A stretch of 63,998 nt of DNA, counting the filler, from Stramenopiles sp. TOSAG23-2 (lineage: Eukaryota), in NCBI GenBank assembly GCA_900128395.1. It is 5 parts of 5 records of this genome, joined end to end, with 100 filler letters (N's around TTAATTAATTAA, not from the genome) between each part and the next. Parts side by side here need not be neighbours in the genome. Positions count along the whole stretch, not along the records: positions 1 to 12,958 come from LT649823.1; 4 more parts are not named here. One strand, written 5' to 3'. Below the pieces are notes generated by a model. It saw only the letters and a program-made list of their open reading frames with translations. It was not told the origin of the DNA and ran no database searches. Within the stretch, counting starts at the first letter, position 1. Each line of letters opens with the position of its first letter. The translations under genes and the position numbers were made by a program. This document shows, in pieces, positions 1 to 11,342 of this stretch.

Positions 1-252
1 CATTCGGTTTAAGTATGGACCATCGTATACTCCCCCAAAATCACCCCTACGCGAAATGTATTTGAATTATATAGTAATATATAGATATATAAATATCATA
101 CATTATAATATATGCCGTACACATTTATACACATCTGCAAGATAATAAAAGACAAATAACATCAATGTGTGATTTGGTATAAATTAAAAGGCTGATACAT
201 ATTTGGTTGGAGAAAAAATAGGAAAGTGTGTGTTTTATTTGTATAAAACAAC

Positions 253-570
253 ATGGAGGAAGGAGAAAATGACGGAGAGATACGTTTTATGATGGAACAA
301 TTAGGCATGGATCCCTCGAAGCCATCGGATTTGCAATATAAATGGATTGCTGAAGCTGCTTTGGTGCAACAATTGCCAAAAGACTGGCAGGAACACGAAG
401 ATGCAAATGGATACGTCTATTTTCACAATCCAATTACAAATGAAACGACATGGGAACCACCTCAAACTCGTCATTTTCTTGATTTATACAACCGATTGAA
501 ACTGGAAGATGTAAATTATCAAAAAAATATTGAAGAGACCGCATCGATGGTGAAGGTAGCATTGTTTTAG
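253..570 (+). CDS. Small WW-domain protein resembling the CEP164 N-terminal module (3' end uncertain)
   Basis: LGMDP..DLQYKWIAEAALVQQLPKDWQEHEDANGYVYFHNPITNETTWEPP resembles the CEP164 helical segment plus WW domain. Confidence 0.65.
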   Translation: MEEGENDGEIRFMMEQLGMDPSKPSDLQYKWIAEAALVQQLPKDWQEHEDANGYVYFHNPITNETTWEPPQTRHFLDLYNRLKLEDVNYQKNIEETASMVKVALF

Positions 571-1283
571 ATGTTGACCATGGTTTGTATTCACCACCAC
601 AACTTTCGAATAATATCCAATCGGTTTTTATCGTTCAATCGCCATGATGATTTAATGAATATAGATCTAAAATGCGAACGGTGTTGTATACAATCTTCGA
701 GAAGAGAAGTGAGGGAGGGAGGGAGGAGGATCGACTTGCACTACATTTACAAAAAGTTTGTATACACACAATAAAACTATAATTTAAATTATACGAGAAT
801 AAGCTTGAATTTTTTATGACATATTTTAAGGTACATTTTATCGTATTTTTTGATCAATAATTATATACTAATACGTATAGTACGTGGTACTATTTATTTC
901 AATTATAGTCTGCGTGTTAGTGTCTGTGCGGTCTGTGCGTCGTCAGACTTTTTCGACTACTGTATTAAAATACCAGGTAGCTATATACTAACTGGTTATG
1001 TGGTATAGTCTAATATATGATATTATTAGGCACTTAGTAGTAGTACAATTATTTTTTAAAACAACTATACTTAAACTGCTTTTTTACGCATATATATATA
1101 TATATATATGGAGAAGTTCAACAACAATATATTTGTTTTTAATCCGCACATCAATACAATTTTTTAAAACTGCTTTTTTACGCATATATATATAATAATA
1201 TATATATATACATGGCAATATTGCAATAACATATCATATATAATAATATATATATATACATGGCAATATTGCAATAACATATC

Positions 1284-3437
1284 ATGCATAAATACAATGT
1301 AAATAATCAATATCGTCGCAGGCATTTATTTATTATAGGATTTTTTGTATATCAATTATTTGCTGTTGGTATCTTCCATGGTATTGTTTCCCCTATATTT
1401 GATAAATTTATTCTTGTAATTTCCGTTTTATCGTTGTTAACGATTTCGCATGCATTGTACCGTGAAGAAGATGAAGTTGCGTTGCAACGAAGATGGTATT
1501 TTGTTCTTGGTTTAGGTGTCTCGACAATCTTGAATTTATATCGAGCTCAACGGTTTGGACTATTAATTCATGGAAGTTCATATTATTTAGAACATGCTCC
1601 ACAGTTGAAATTAAGTAGAAGATTTCGAAATATTATTTTTACACGCAATAAAGATTTATCCGAAACAGCATTGGCTAAATCACTTCTTCCACCAACTGAA
1701 ACATTTTTTCGGGCAGATCAATTAGTTGAAAAGGATAGAATAGATACAAAAAATCGTGATCCTACTGAATTTTTAAATCATATTGGTAACTATTTTATTA
1801 AACATAGTGTACCTGATGATGATGATGATGTTAATGATAATAAAGAAGAAGAAGAAGAAGAAGATCCTAATAATGATAATGATAGTAGTAATAATAATAA
1901 TAATGGTGATTTATTGGGTCCAAGTGCACTACATGCAAATAGTATTATAACACCATTTGTCAATTTACAAAACCATATCGCTCTTGGTGGTGCTGCGAAG
2001 GGAGCAGCAACATCAAATATTGTCCTAGTTGTATTTAATGGGATCCTCGCTGAATTCATAGAGAATGGGCCATTTCAAGCCATTTTTAATCGTGATAGTA
2101 TTTTTAACAAAGAATGGAAAAATGCATTAGCTGCATTGAAAAGTAACAAGAAAAAAAGTAAATTAACATCAGATAATATATGGTCATTGGATAAATTAAA
2201 TAATGAAAAACGTGCGATGAGTGATATATTTGATGTTGCAAGTGTTGATGATGATAAAAGCAAACAGCCTGAATTTCGTATCATTCGATTTCGTCCTCCA
2301 TTTGGTTCTTTGGAATCAATTGGAACATTGTCCACAACATCTACGGGCTGGTTACGTAGAATGAACAAAATTCATACTATTTTAACAGAGGAAATAAAAT
2401 TAAATCCAAAATATGTCTTTGTTGGTTATAGTCGTGGCGCACTAGTATCATTAGATGTATTGGCTCGTGCAAATAGAAGACCAGATGCACATCCTTGGAT
2501 ACGGAATGTACGTGGGATGACGTCCGTCGGCGGACCATTGTTCGGTGCAGAAGGCCCAGATTTTACTACAACACCTGGACACGTTTTTTACCATCTATTG
2601 CAACCTATACGTGAGTTTGCACAAAGTTTAGATTTTGAACATGAAGGTGATATGGGCAGTTTAGGCCATATGAAAGAAATTTTACAAAATTCATGGGAAT
2701 TTTTCAAATTGGGTTGGGATCTAACAAAGGTTAATCAAACAGGTAAAAGCCAAGCTGCAACGGAGGCAGAAAGTTTATTCAAAAAAGAATGCGGAGAAGC
2801 TGGTGTTCCTGCTCCATCTTTAGCAATTATTACAGATGGTTTGACAAAATTATTATTTCAAAATTTTGATATGATGAGTCCAGTTGGGAAATATTATGAA
2901 AACATTAAACGTGTAAAAATTTTTGTTGCTGGTTTATTAGAAGGAGTGAAAGATTTATCAACAAAATCCAGAATGGATTGGTGGACAAATAAAAACAATC
3001 AATTGCCAAAATATATTGAATTATATTCTATCCCTGCAACGATGCCTGGTGCTGGAGTTGAAATTGAAAGTTTAGATCAATCTGCATTGTTCAATTCCGC
3101 ATCAACATCCACAGATTGGTGGGCAAATAGAATGTTTTACTATGCCACATATGGAGATACTGGGAAAATGTGTCAAGATGGGCAAGTCAGTTGTGATCGT
3201 GCTGTATTTTGGCCAAAAGTATTAGAACGTTGTGGCTGGGATATGGAAAATAGAGTTACAGGTGTACTAGCAGTTATTGGGTCACACCATTGGGGATTAG
3301 CATTACCATTTGCATTGGATGGTGTTCCTTCAAATGTACCCAGGGCAGCAATTTTAGATGCAATTGGTGCCATGTATGTTGAAAAAGAACAATTGAAACG
3401 AGGTATGCAATGGTGGAATAAAAGGGATGAATTGTGA
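1284..3437 (+). CDS. Membrane-anchored alpha/beta-hydrolase (lipase/esterase-like)
   Basis: 717-aa ORF; about 3 N-terminal hydrophobic helices; nucleophile elbow VFVGYSRG; candidate Asp (QDGQV) and His (SHHWGL). Confidence 0.7.
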   Translation: MHKYNVNNQYRRRHLFIIGFFVYQLFAVGIFHGIVSPIFDKFILVISVLSLLTISHALYREEDEVALQRRWYFVLGLGVSTILNLYRAQRFGLLIHGSSYYLEHAPQLKLSRRFRNIIFTRNKDLSETALAKSLLPPTETFFRADQLVEKDRIDTKNRDPTEFLNHIGNYFIKHSVPDDDDDVNDNKEEEEEEDPNNDNDSSNNNNNGDLLGPSALHANSIITPFVNLQNHIALGGAAKGAATSNIVLVVFNGILAEFIENGPFQAIFNRDSIFNKEWKNALAALKSNKKKSKLTSDNIWSLDKLNNEKRAMSDIFDVASVDDDKSKQPEFRIIRFRPPFGSLESIGTLSTTSTGWLRRMNKIHTILTEEIKLNPKYVFVGYSRGALVSLDVLARANRRPDAHPWIRNVRGMTSVGGPLFGAEGPDFTTTPGHVFYHLLQPIREFAQSLDFEHEGDMGSLGHMKEILQNSWEFFKLGWDLTKVNQTGKSQAATEAESLFKKECGEAGVPAPSLAIITDGLTKLLFQNFDMMSPVGKYYENIKRVKIFVAGLLEGVKDLSTKSRMDWWTNKNNQLPKYIELYSIPATMPGAGVEIESLDQSALFNSASTSTDWWANRMFYYATYGDTGKMCQDGQVSCDRAVFWPKVLERCGWDMENRVTGVLAVIGSHHWGLALPFALDGVPSNVPRAAILDAIGAMYVEKEQLKRGMQWWNKRDEL

Positions 3438-3558
3438 GTGAGAGGAGATTTTAAAAAGTAATGTGAATAATCTTCATTAAAAATATATCCTATTAAATTT
3501 TTTTTACATGCATATAAATAATATTTTATTAAAAAACACAAACGTATGAATTTTCGTA

Positions 3559-3820
3559 TTTTAAACTACACCATTACGAAACAAATTTTTACTCATTTCC
3601 TCTTCAGAAACAACATATTTCTTTGGACGATCACTTGGTTTATGCCCTAATGTCCTTTGATTTCCACGTCCATAATCCAATAATGCATTTTTTAAACTAC
3701 ACCATTACGAAACAAATTTTTACTCATTTCCTCTTCAGAAACAACATATTTCTTTGGACGATCACTTGGTTTATGCCCTAATGTCCTTTGATTTCCACGT
3801 CCATAATCCAATAATGCATT
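3559..3820. repeat. Tandem duplication (~131 bp x2) of a gene 3' end, probable assembly artefact
   Basis: ttttaaactacaccattacg... starts at both 3559 and 3690. Confidence 0.8.
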
Positions 3821-5569
3821 TTTACAACATGCATTCAATGTATTCCACGGTATACCACCAAATGTTAATGATATTTTATCTTCCTCTTCTGGGCTTTTCA
3901 TTGGTAATACCCACCGTGTAATTTTGTTCTTTGGAGTTGACGTTTCGTTGTTATTGCCATAAAAATTTCTCCTGTATCTTTTGTTTGATTGCAATGAGTC
4001 GACATTGTTACTATTGTTGTTGTCATTATTGTTGATCTTATTTTGCTCGTGCATATAATTATTGTTCATACTCTGTTGTCGTACATTTGACATGTTACTG
4101 TTACTGTTATTATTAATGTCATTACTATCAATATTTTGACTTTCAGGATTATTGTTATTGTTAGCATTATTACTATTAACATTATTGCTATTATTATTAC
4201 TGCCACCATCTACATCGCCATTGTTATTCAGTACATTATTATTATAATCATTACTATTACTATTCATACCACTTCCATTTTTGGGGGTTTGATTATGATT
4301 ATTATTATTATTATTATTATTATTTCCTTGTTGTTTAGCTGTAAGAACCTGTCCAAATGATTTACCATGGTGACCATGCATATGTTTCAAAACATGTTGA
4401 TTTTTTATCCCAGCCGTTTTACCCGCTTTTTTTAATTCTAATAATACGGTATGATATTCATTTAAATCATTTTGTAATTTTATTTGTTGTGCTTTTGTTT
4501 GTTGTACATTTTTTAATTCTAATAATACGGTATGATATTCATTTAAATCATTTTGTAATTTTATTTGTTGTGCTTTTGTTTGTTGTACATATTTTTCCAT
4601 ATCCTTAATTTTAGTTTCTTGTTCATATATTTTTTTATCCTTTTGACTTAAATCAGTATTTAGTGTTAGTAATTGAGCTTTATATTTATCTTTTAATCGT
4701 TTTACTGCTTCGTTACTAAATCTTGCTGCTTTAACACTTTGTTTAGTAGATGCTAATTGTTCTTCCTTCTCCCTGATTTTTTTTTCCAATTGGCGTACTT
4801 TTGCAGCAGCATTTTTTGCTTTATGTGTGTTCATTACACGTTTAATAGCATCGACATTTGTTACTTTTAAATGTTTTTGACGTAATACAACAACTTCTTG
4901 TTTTAATTGTTTCTCTCTTGCTCCTAAATTTTCCAATAATACTTTATGTTCTTTTTCTAATTTTAATACAGTATGTACCTGTGCAGCTTTGTCTAAATTA
5001 TCTTCATTCACAACAACTTCTTCTACGACATCAGCCATTGTTTCATTACCTTCTAGATGATGATTTTCACTACGTCTAGCAACAATTACTTTTTTTATCA
5101 TTTTTTTAAAAAATGCACTTTTTGATTGTTTAGCTTCTTTTACCATTTCTTCTTCCATATTTGATTGCAATATTGGTGCCATAGCGTCTGCATCGATTAA
5201 TTCTTGACAATAATCTTTTGCAGTACGACCAAAACTTGATGGATCATCATACGCATCTGGCCAATATTCTAATACGTTATGTTTGAATGCGTTCAATTCT
5301 GCTAATTTTGTTTGTAACTCTCTGATTTCTAAACGTGCAAATTTTAAATCCTGGGCACTTTGACCAATACTATTCACAATGTCTTCCAGTTCAGTTATTT
5401 TCTCCAATGCGTTTTCTAACGCGCTATGCTTTTCATTTAATTGTTTTTCATGTTTCATAACTACATTTTTATGTGCGTGTCTGATTTTTTCGACGTGTTT
5501 TGCATGTGTTTGTTTAATATGTGATACATGTGCATGATGATCATCATGACTTATTGAATCCACTTCCAT
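3692..5569 (-). CDS. Coiled-coil protein with Asn-rich region, function unknown
   Basis: 625-aa ORF, K/E/Q heptad-rich, poly-N tail; internal 81-bp duplication near 4428-4590. Confidence 0.7.
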   Translation of the reverse strand: MEVDSISHDDHHAHVSHIKQTHAKHVEKIRHAHKNVVMKHEKQLNEKHSALENALEKITELEDIVNSIGQSAQDLKFARLEIRELQTKLAELNAFKHNVLEYWPDAYDDPSSFGRTAKDYCQELIDADAMAPILQSNMEEEMVKEAKQSKSAFFKKMIKKVIVARRSENHHLEGNETMADVVEEVVVNEDNLDKAAQVHTVLKLEKEHKVLLENLGAREKQLKQEVVVLRQKHLKVTNVDAIKRVMNTHKAKNAAAKVRQLEKKIREKEEQLASTKQSVKAARFSNEAVKRLKDKYKAQLLTLNTDLSQKDKKIYEQETKIKDMEKYVQQTKAQQIKLQNDLNEYHTVLLELKNVQQTKAQQIKLQNDLNEYHTVLLELKKAGKTAGIKNQHVLKHMHGHHGKSFGQVLTAKQQGNNNNNNNNNHNQTPKNGSGMNSNSNDYNNNVLNNNGDVDGGSNNNSNNVNSNNANNNNNPESQNIDSNDINNNSNSNMSNVRQQSMNNNYMHEQNKINNNDNNNSNNVDSLQSNKRYRRNFYGNNNETSTPKNKITRWVLPMKSPEEEDKISLTFGGIPWNTLNACCKNALLDYGRGNQRTLGHKPSDRPKKYVVSEEEMSKNLFRNGVV

Positions 5570-6239
5570 GTATTAATTTCTATTTTCTCTTGTGTTATTT
5601 CTAACTTAATGTCGTATTATATCTTATTGGTATAATTCACGCGTTTTTTTGTTTTCTTTTTTCGTTGTAACAATTTGTGAATGTATGATATTTAACGAAT
5701 AGTGATATAATGATATATATTAAATTTAGGCTAATCATATGCATTATGATAAATATATATATATAATAATAAATGTATGTGTTATAAATAATAGTAAAAA
5801 ATACAACTGCTTACTATATTGATAGTAATAGTAAATGCCAGAATGGTAAATGAATATAACAGATAGATATATTGTCACGACGCGAATTAGAATACCAGGT
5901 AAATAGAATGGCATGTTTAAGTTGTGATCAAATTGCTCTATTTACTATTAATATTGAACTTTTCTTGATAATAATACAGTATAAGACAAAGTTAAAGTAT
6001 TATAAATAGTTAAAGCACTTTTTCAGACTTTTTTTCATTTATTTTTCATCAAAGAAAACTCTGTACTAGTACGCGGAATAACATTATACATTTGCTATTT
6101 ATATGCTAAATAGGTCAAAACCTTAAATTTTATCGTATTAACCCATTACCATTTACCAGGTACATTATACATTAAGGCCAAGAACACATTAGCCGGTCCG
6201 ATTAATATATGTTAATGTGGTACCTTCTTCACGAACCTA

Positions 6240-6838
6240 TCCTTTTACGGGACATCGATAAGTGCCGCGGGGGCGGCTGTTATAGCCATATAAATATCAT
6301 TAGTACCCCTATTCCCTGTAACCTCTATAATTTTTATGAATTTATGCATATAATGCATTTTATTTATCATATTTAATAGTTTTGTTGTATTTTTACTCCT
6401 ATATAATTGTACTATTAGTATATAAAATTAATATGAATATAAAATCGGATATTTATTTCTTGACTGTCGATATGCAACAGCGCGTCCAAGGTGAAACACG
6501 TATTAAAATAACACATATTATAATGAAACATATATCTCATAAATTTAACAAAAATACATACACAAAAATGATTCAGTTAACACATGATATATATATGTTA
6601 CACAAATATTAACGTTAGAAATGCAATATTTACCGCAAATGGGTACACATCAACACTCTGTAATTTGAATTCTAGATGGAATTATCTTGCATATAAGGGA
6701 TGTTTTGAAATCAGTTTTACGTGTAGATTGCATTCCTCAACTTTATTTTATGGAATTTTGGGATTTTCATGAAAAACATAATTTTTTTTGAACAGACCAG
6801 ATAACAGCCGCTCACGCGGCACTTGTCCCGTTAGGGGA
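6240..6838. mobile_element. Putative MITE with ~40-bp GC-rich imperfect TIRs and flanking TA dinucleotides
   Basis: 6240-6283 tccttttacgggaca..agtgccgcg..gcggctgttat matches the reverse complement of 6801-6838; TA at 6238-6239 and 6839-6840; AT-rich noncoding interior. Confidence 0.55.
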
Positions 6839-7012
6839 TACCCGTAAAAAAATTAAAAAAATGTATTAGTATATTATAAGATTAGTGCATTAATAAATTA
6901 AAATCTGCGTATTGCGTATAGCAAACTACATACGTTTAACTTCACAACAAATCTTTTGTTATATTGTACTAGCTGGAAACGCTGCTTTGCTTGCTTCCCC
7001 CCTTTCAAAACC

Positions 7013-7701
7013 ATGGCCACCAACAACAAGGACACCAGCAACGCCCCTACACCACGCGCCGTAGCAATTGAAGAGAAGAATAATAAGAATTCAGAAAAGA
7101 AAATAAGCAAGAAAAAATTATTGCAGATGACTGATGTTGAAAGTGGCCAAGTGGTATTAAATGTAAAGCACCAGCGAAAAAGTGAAAGTGGATGCATCAA
7201 TTGTATAAAAAATATGAGTTGGAAGAGCAAACAATGTATAGTTTTTGGTTTGATAATAGCTATGTTTACAACCATTTTTATTTTAAGTTTTGTAAACGAC
7301 AAACATATTATATCAGATTTGTTTTTGATAGTAATTCCAATTTCTGCAGTATTGATGTATTGCATTATATTTAAGTTAGGTGACCCCACGGTAAGCACTC
7401 CAGGTAAGTAAATAATAAATATCTTCTAATTGTTTTTGAAAATTTCTCTAACCAATAACTATGTGCATAAATGCAATATTTACTTTTAGGTATTGGAGAA
7501 ATGATTATTTGTCCTTGTTGTAGTTGTTTATTATTTGTAATTGGCATAGTATTTGTAATTGGTTATTACGCAAAATTTACATTCGTAACAGCGTATTGCG
7601 CATACATTTTCTTAAGTGCTGGTATTATCGCTTGTTGCGGTTCAATCTATGTAGTAAAGCTTGCGCTTTCGGGTGATGATGGAGGTGATTATTTCAGGTG
7701 A
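7013..7701 (+). CDS. Small ~4-TM membrane protein, 2 exons (7013-7403, 7490-7701)
   Basis: Intron 7404-7489 (GTAAGT...CTAAC...TTTTAG) joins the two ORFs in frame; four hydrophobic segments. Confidence 0.7.
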
Positions 7702-8063
7702 AATGATTTAGAATAGATGATTCGAAGAGTATTTTATTATATTATTTTTAAAATATTATTTTTTTTCTAGATAGAAACTTTCAACACTTTAACTTGTTGT
7801 GCACTATAATACAATACTCTGTATACGTTATATATCATCATAGGAAAGTGCCAAACTTCAAATTAAAATTATTAATAATAATCTAATAAATCAAAAAAAT
7901 GCATCATTTTAATTTTAATACAAGCTGTGGAAAAAAAAATGTAAAATGAATTTTTAAAACCAAACAAAATAGAGAACCAAGAATATACTATAATCAATAA
8001 TAGCAACAACAACAACAACAACAACAAGAAGGATATTATAATATATAAGATTACACGAACATA

Positions 8064-9359
8064 ATGAAATTAAATTCCATCTTTTTACAAATTGTTTTTA
8101 TCCATCATCTTATATTTTTATTATTATCCTCCATTACAAATGCAATTTATGGTCCACCACCATTGAATTATAAAAATGATGTAACTAGTGTACTTGGTGT
8201 AAATACGCATAATTTAAATCCAACCTCGCAGGATTTAGATTTAATACAAGAAGCTGGAATACGTTGGATACGAGATGATGTAGGTTGGCAACAAGTTGAA
8301 AAAGTAAAAGGTGAATATGATTTCACAGGTGTTGATTATATGTTTACACATTTAGCAAAACGAAATTTGGGATGGATATGTATCTTAGGTGCACATAATC
8401 CTATTTACAATAATGTCACTGATTCTCCATTAATTCAAACACAAAAACAAATTGATGCATGGGCAAAATTTGCAGGTGCAATTGCTGCAAAATATAGTAA
8501 AAGCAATATTGTCTTATTTGAATTAACAAATGAACCAAATGGTATGGGTGGATTTAAAGGTGATGTAGGAGCATCTATATATTCAAGATTGTCAATTGCT
8601 GGTGCAAAAGCAATACATGAAAATGGTGGGACTGTTGCAGGACCTGCAGTTGCAAATTTAGATTACGATTGGTTGCATTCTATCTTTTTAGATGGATTTT
8701 TAACATCTGTTGATTATCTAACGTTGCATCCATATCGTTCAATAACACCAGAAACAGTTATGTTAGATTATGATAAAGTAACGAAATTAGTCGATGAGTA
8801 CAATCCACCAAATCATAAAATACAAATAACACAAGGAGAATGTGGGTATGAATATCACGGCGCAGCTACTCCTAATCTGGATCATGAGTTGCAAGGTAAA
8901 TTTATTGTACGAATGTATTTAAGTGCAATTGGAAAAGAAATATTTCCTGCAATATGGTACGATTGGAGAGCTGGAAATATATCAGATCCAAAGCAAGAAC
9001 ATGACGGAATGGTAGATCAAAATTTAAAACCATTACCAGGATGGTATGGAACACAAACATTGTATAATATTTTAAAAGGTTCAAAATTTATTAATATGCC
9101 AATAACAACTGTATCTTACCCATCATTACCATCGCCACAAGATTATGCATTGGCATTGGAAAACTCGACGCATTCAATCATCGTTGTATGGAGTGTATTA
9201 TCATATCAACACAATATACAATTACATAGTGCAAACGGATGTTGGAACGTGACTGATTGGTTGGGTAAAGCACAAGCAAATATTTGCAATAGTAAAGGTA
9301 AGAATTATTTGAATATTTATGTGAGTGATTCACCATTGTATTTAGTACAAGAGCTGTAA
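8064..9359 (+). CDS. Secreted clan GH-A glycoside hydrolase (GH5/GH39-like)
   Basis: Signal peptide; AGIRWIRDDVGWQQVE..GEYDF; acid/base NEP (FELTNEPN); nucleophile region ITQGECGY. Confidence 0.8.
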   Translation: MKLNSIFLQIVFIHHLIFLLLSSITNAIYGPPPLNYKNDVTSVLGVNTHNLNPTSQDLDLIQEAGIRWIRDDVGWQQVEKVKGEYDFTGVDYMFTHLAKRNLGWICILGAHNPIYNNVTDSPLIQTQKQIDAWAKFAGAIAAKYSKSNIVLFELTNEPNGMGGFKGDVGASIYSRLSIAGAKAIHENGGTVAGPAVANLDYDWLHSIFLDGFLTSVDYLTLHPYRSITPETVMLDYDKVTKLVDEYNPPNHKIQITQGECGYEYHGAATPNLDHELQGKFIVRMYLSAIGKEIFPAIWYDWRAGNISDPKQEHDGMVDQNLKPLPGWYGTQTLYNILKGSKFINMPITTVSYPSLPSPQDYALALENSTHSIIVVWSVLSYQHNIQLHSANGCWNVTDWLGKAQANICNSKGKNYLNIYVSDSPLYLVQEL

Positions 9360-9645
9360 AGAGCTACGACTCGTATATAGATAGAGGAGAGTTAATAATA
9401 AATGTTGGATATGATACCGTATCATAGAAGATTTTAATAAAAATAAATAAAAATACGACTCGTATTATAATATATATAGCAGCTGTCAATTTTTGCTCCA
9501 AAAATCTGGTTCACTTTAATTTGAACTTTCTCTTAAAGACACAAGTGAACCTTCCTTTACATCCAATCTATTTTTAATTTTTTGTGAGATGTTCTTAGAG
9601 GAGCAAAGATTTTGACTCACAATCTCACTTAATTTCACTTTAATT

Positions 9646-11100
9646 TCACAAAACAAACGATAAACATGCAAAAAAAACATTCAATACAAACATTCGAAAT
9701 CCATATTTCAATATTCGATGTGTATCATATTTCAATCTACGTTTACTATCATTACGATAATATGTAGTTGGAAAACTTAACAACAATACAATTGGTATAA
9801 TATGCATACCATCAAAATGATAAATTGGAAAGATATTTATAATAGCAAGGCTTGTATTGATCATAATAACAAATATACATACATGTCGCGCCATCGATGG
9901 TATGTATGACATTGGATGGATGTAGCCTTTGTTTTCTTGAATTGAAGAAGAGGATGACGTATTCTTATTCTTGCTTCTTTCCTCGCCACCTCCTCTTCTT
10001 CCTGTTGTTGATGTCATGATGAATTTAAATTCAATGAAATTCAATGTATTGTATATCATTGCAATATCAATATTCTTATTAATATTTTCTAAACTTTTTC
10101 CATCTATTAAAATGATATCATCATCTCGTTTCACTTTTATTGTAAAACCATTATGATCTAATGTTTGCAATTGTGATAATGGTAACTTTGTATGATTATC
10201 ATATTGATTTATTAAATCATTATGATAAATATATTTCATAATTTCTTGATACCATACAATTTTATTATTAATTGGTATTGAGTTAAATTCTTTTATTTCA
10301 TCACCAATTTTAAATTTACTAGTTATCATATTCACGTTATTACTGTTATCGTCTAACAAATTGTTATGATTAAATGATACAATAAACAATCCTGGAATAT
10401 AAAACATTCCTATGATTACATTTAAAATTGATGTAATGAAAAGAAAAGTAATACATGCAGTAATTAAATTATTAACAATTCCACCAAAATAAATATCTAG
10501 ACGATTCCAAAAATGTAAATGTTTCATATCGTTATTATCGATGGTGCAATATGCGGCAGGGAATATGCCTATGATGAACAAACCAGCTTCAGTTGTTCTT
10601 ACATGATTTAAATGTGCTGTAATAGCATGCCCGAGTTCATGAATGACTAAACTAAATGCAAGGACAAGCAATAATAACGGGACATCTGCAATAGGCAAAT
10701 TAATTCCTGGAATTAATGGTGTAAAAATAGTAGATGACATTGCTGTGGATGATTTAATGGAAGTTTTTATAGTTTTTCCGTCTGTTGTATATAATACGAA
10801 ATAAAAACCAATAACAACTTGATAAACTATATACAATGATGAAAATATTAAGACGATACACGACAAAGACATGAGTAATAAACCAATGAAAGTTCCAATA
10901 CGATATATTTTTTTTAATATTGATATATTATTACTCCAGTGAGGGGAAATGAATTTCAATAATAACTCATTGCATTTTCTTTCTGATATGTTTACATGAA
11001 ACCATTTACATAGTTGTTGATTCGTCGTACGAATATTAATATTATTATTTGTCTTATTACAACATTCATATTGATATGAATTATTTGACGTAGCAATCAT
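9646..11100 (-). CDS. MBTPS2: Site-2 protease (M50 intramembrane metalloprotease)
   Basis: PLIPGINLP, IHELGH (HExxH), NIFPIYHFDG, multiple TM helices, degenerate PDZ-like region. Confidence 0.85.
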   Translation of the reverse strand: MIATSNNSYQYECCNKTNNNINIRTTNQQLCKWFHVNISERKCNELLLKFISPHWSNNISILKKIYRIGTFIGLLLMSLSCIVLIFSSLYIVYQVVIGFYFVLYTTDGKTIKTSIKSSTAMSSTIFTPLIPGINLPIADVPLLLLVLAFSLVIHELGHAITAHLNHVRTTEAGLFIIGIFPAAYCTIDNNDMKHLHFWNRLDIYFGGIVNNLITACITFLFITSILNVIIGMFYIPGLFIVSFNHNNLLDDNSNNVNMITSKFKIGDEIKEFNSIPINNKIVWYQEIMKYIYHNDLINQYDNHTKLPLSQLQTLDHNGFTIKVKRDDDIILIDGKSLENINKNIDIAMIYNTLNFIEFKFIMTSTTGRRGGGEERSKNKNTSSSSSIQENKGYIHPMSYIPSMARHVCIFVIMINTSLAIINIFPIYHFDGMHIIPIVLLLSFPTTYYRNDSKRRLKYDTHRILKYGFRMFVLNVFFACLSFVL

Positions 11101-11342
11101 TTATGTTTGTATATATACATATGTATTATATATATATTTCGTCTCACTATATATATGTATGTATATTTGTATTTTTTTATCCTCTCGTATAGGCATACCA
11201 TAGACGTTATTATTTATTATTTTTAAAAGAGACTTTCAATTCAAATTAATAAAATATATATACTTTATAATGTTTTACACACGCAGAGACGACATATATT
11301 ATATACACAACCACCACGAACGTTGCAAATATTATATTTCAT

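Noticed and set aside
1040-1283. Repeated upstream blocks as a regulatory array
   Set aside because: Duplications centred on (TA)n microsatellites, matching the artefact pattern elsewhere
4136-4608. Hydrophobic Ile/Leu/Tyr-rich short ORFs
   Set aside because: Antisense translation of AAT (poly-Asn) microsatellites
9490-9650. Nested short inverted repeats between two convergent genes
   Set aside because: Stems of only 8-9 bp in AT-rich DNA; not enough to call an RNA or element
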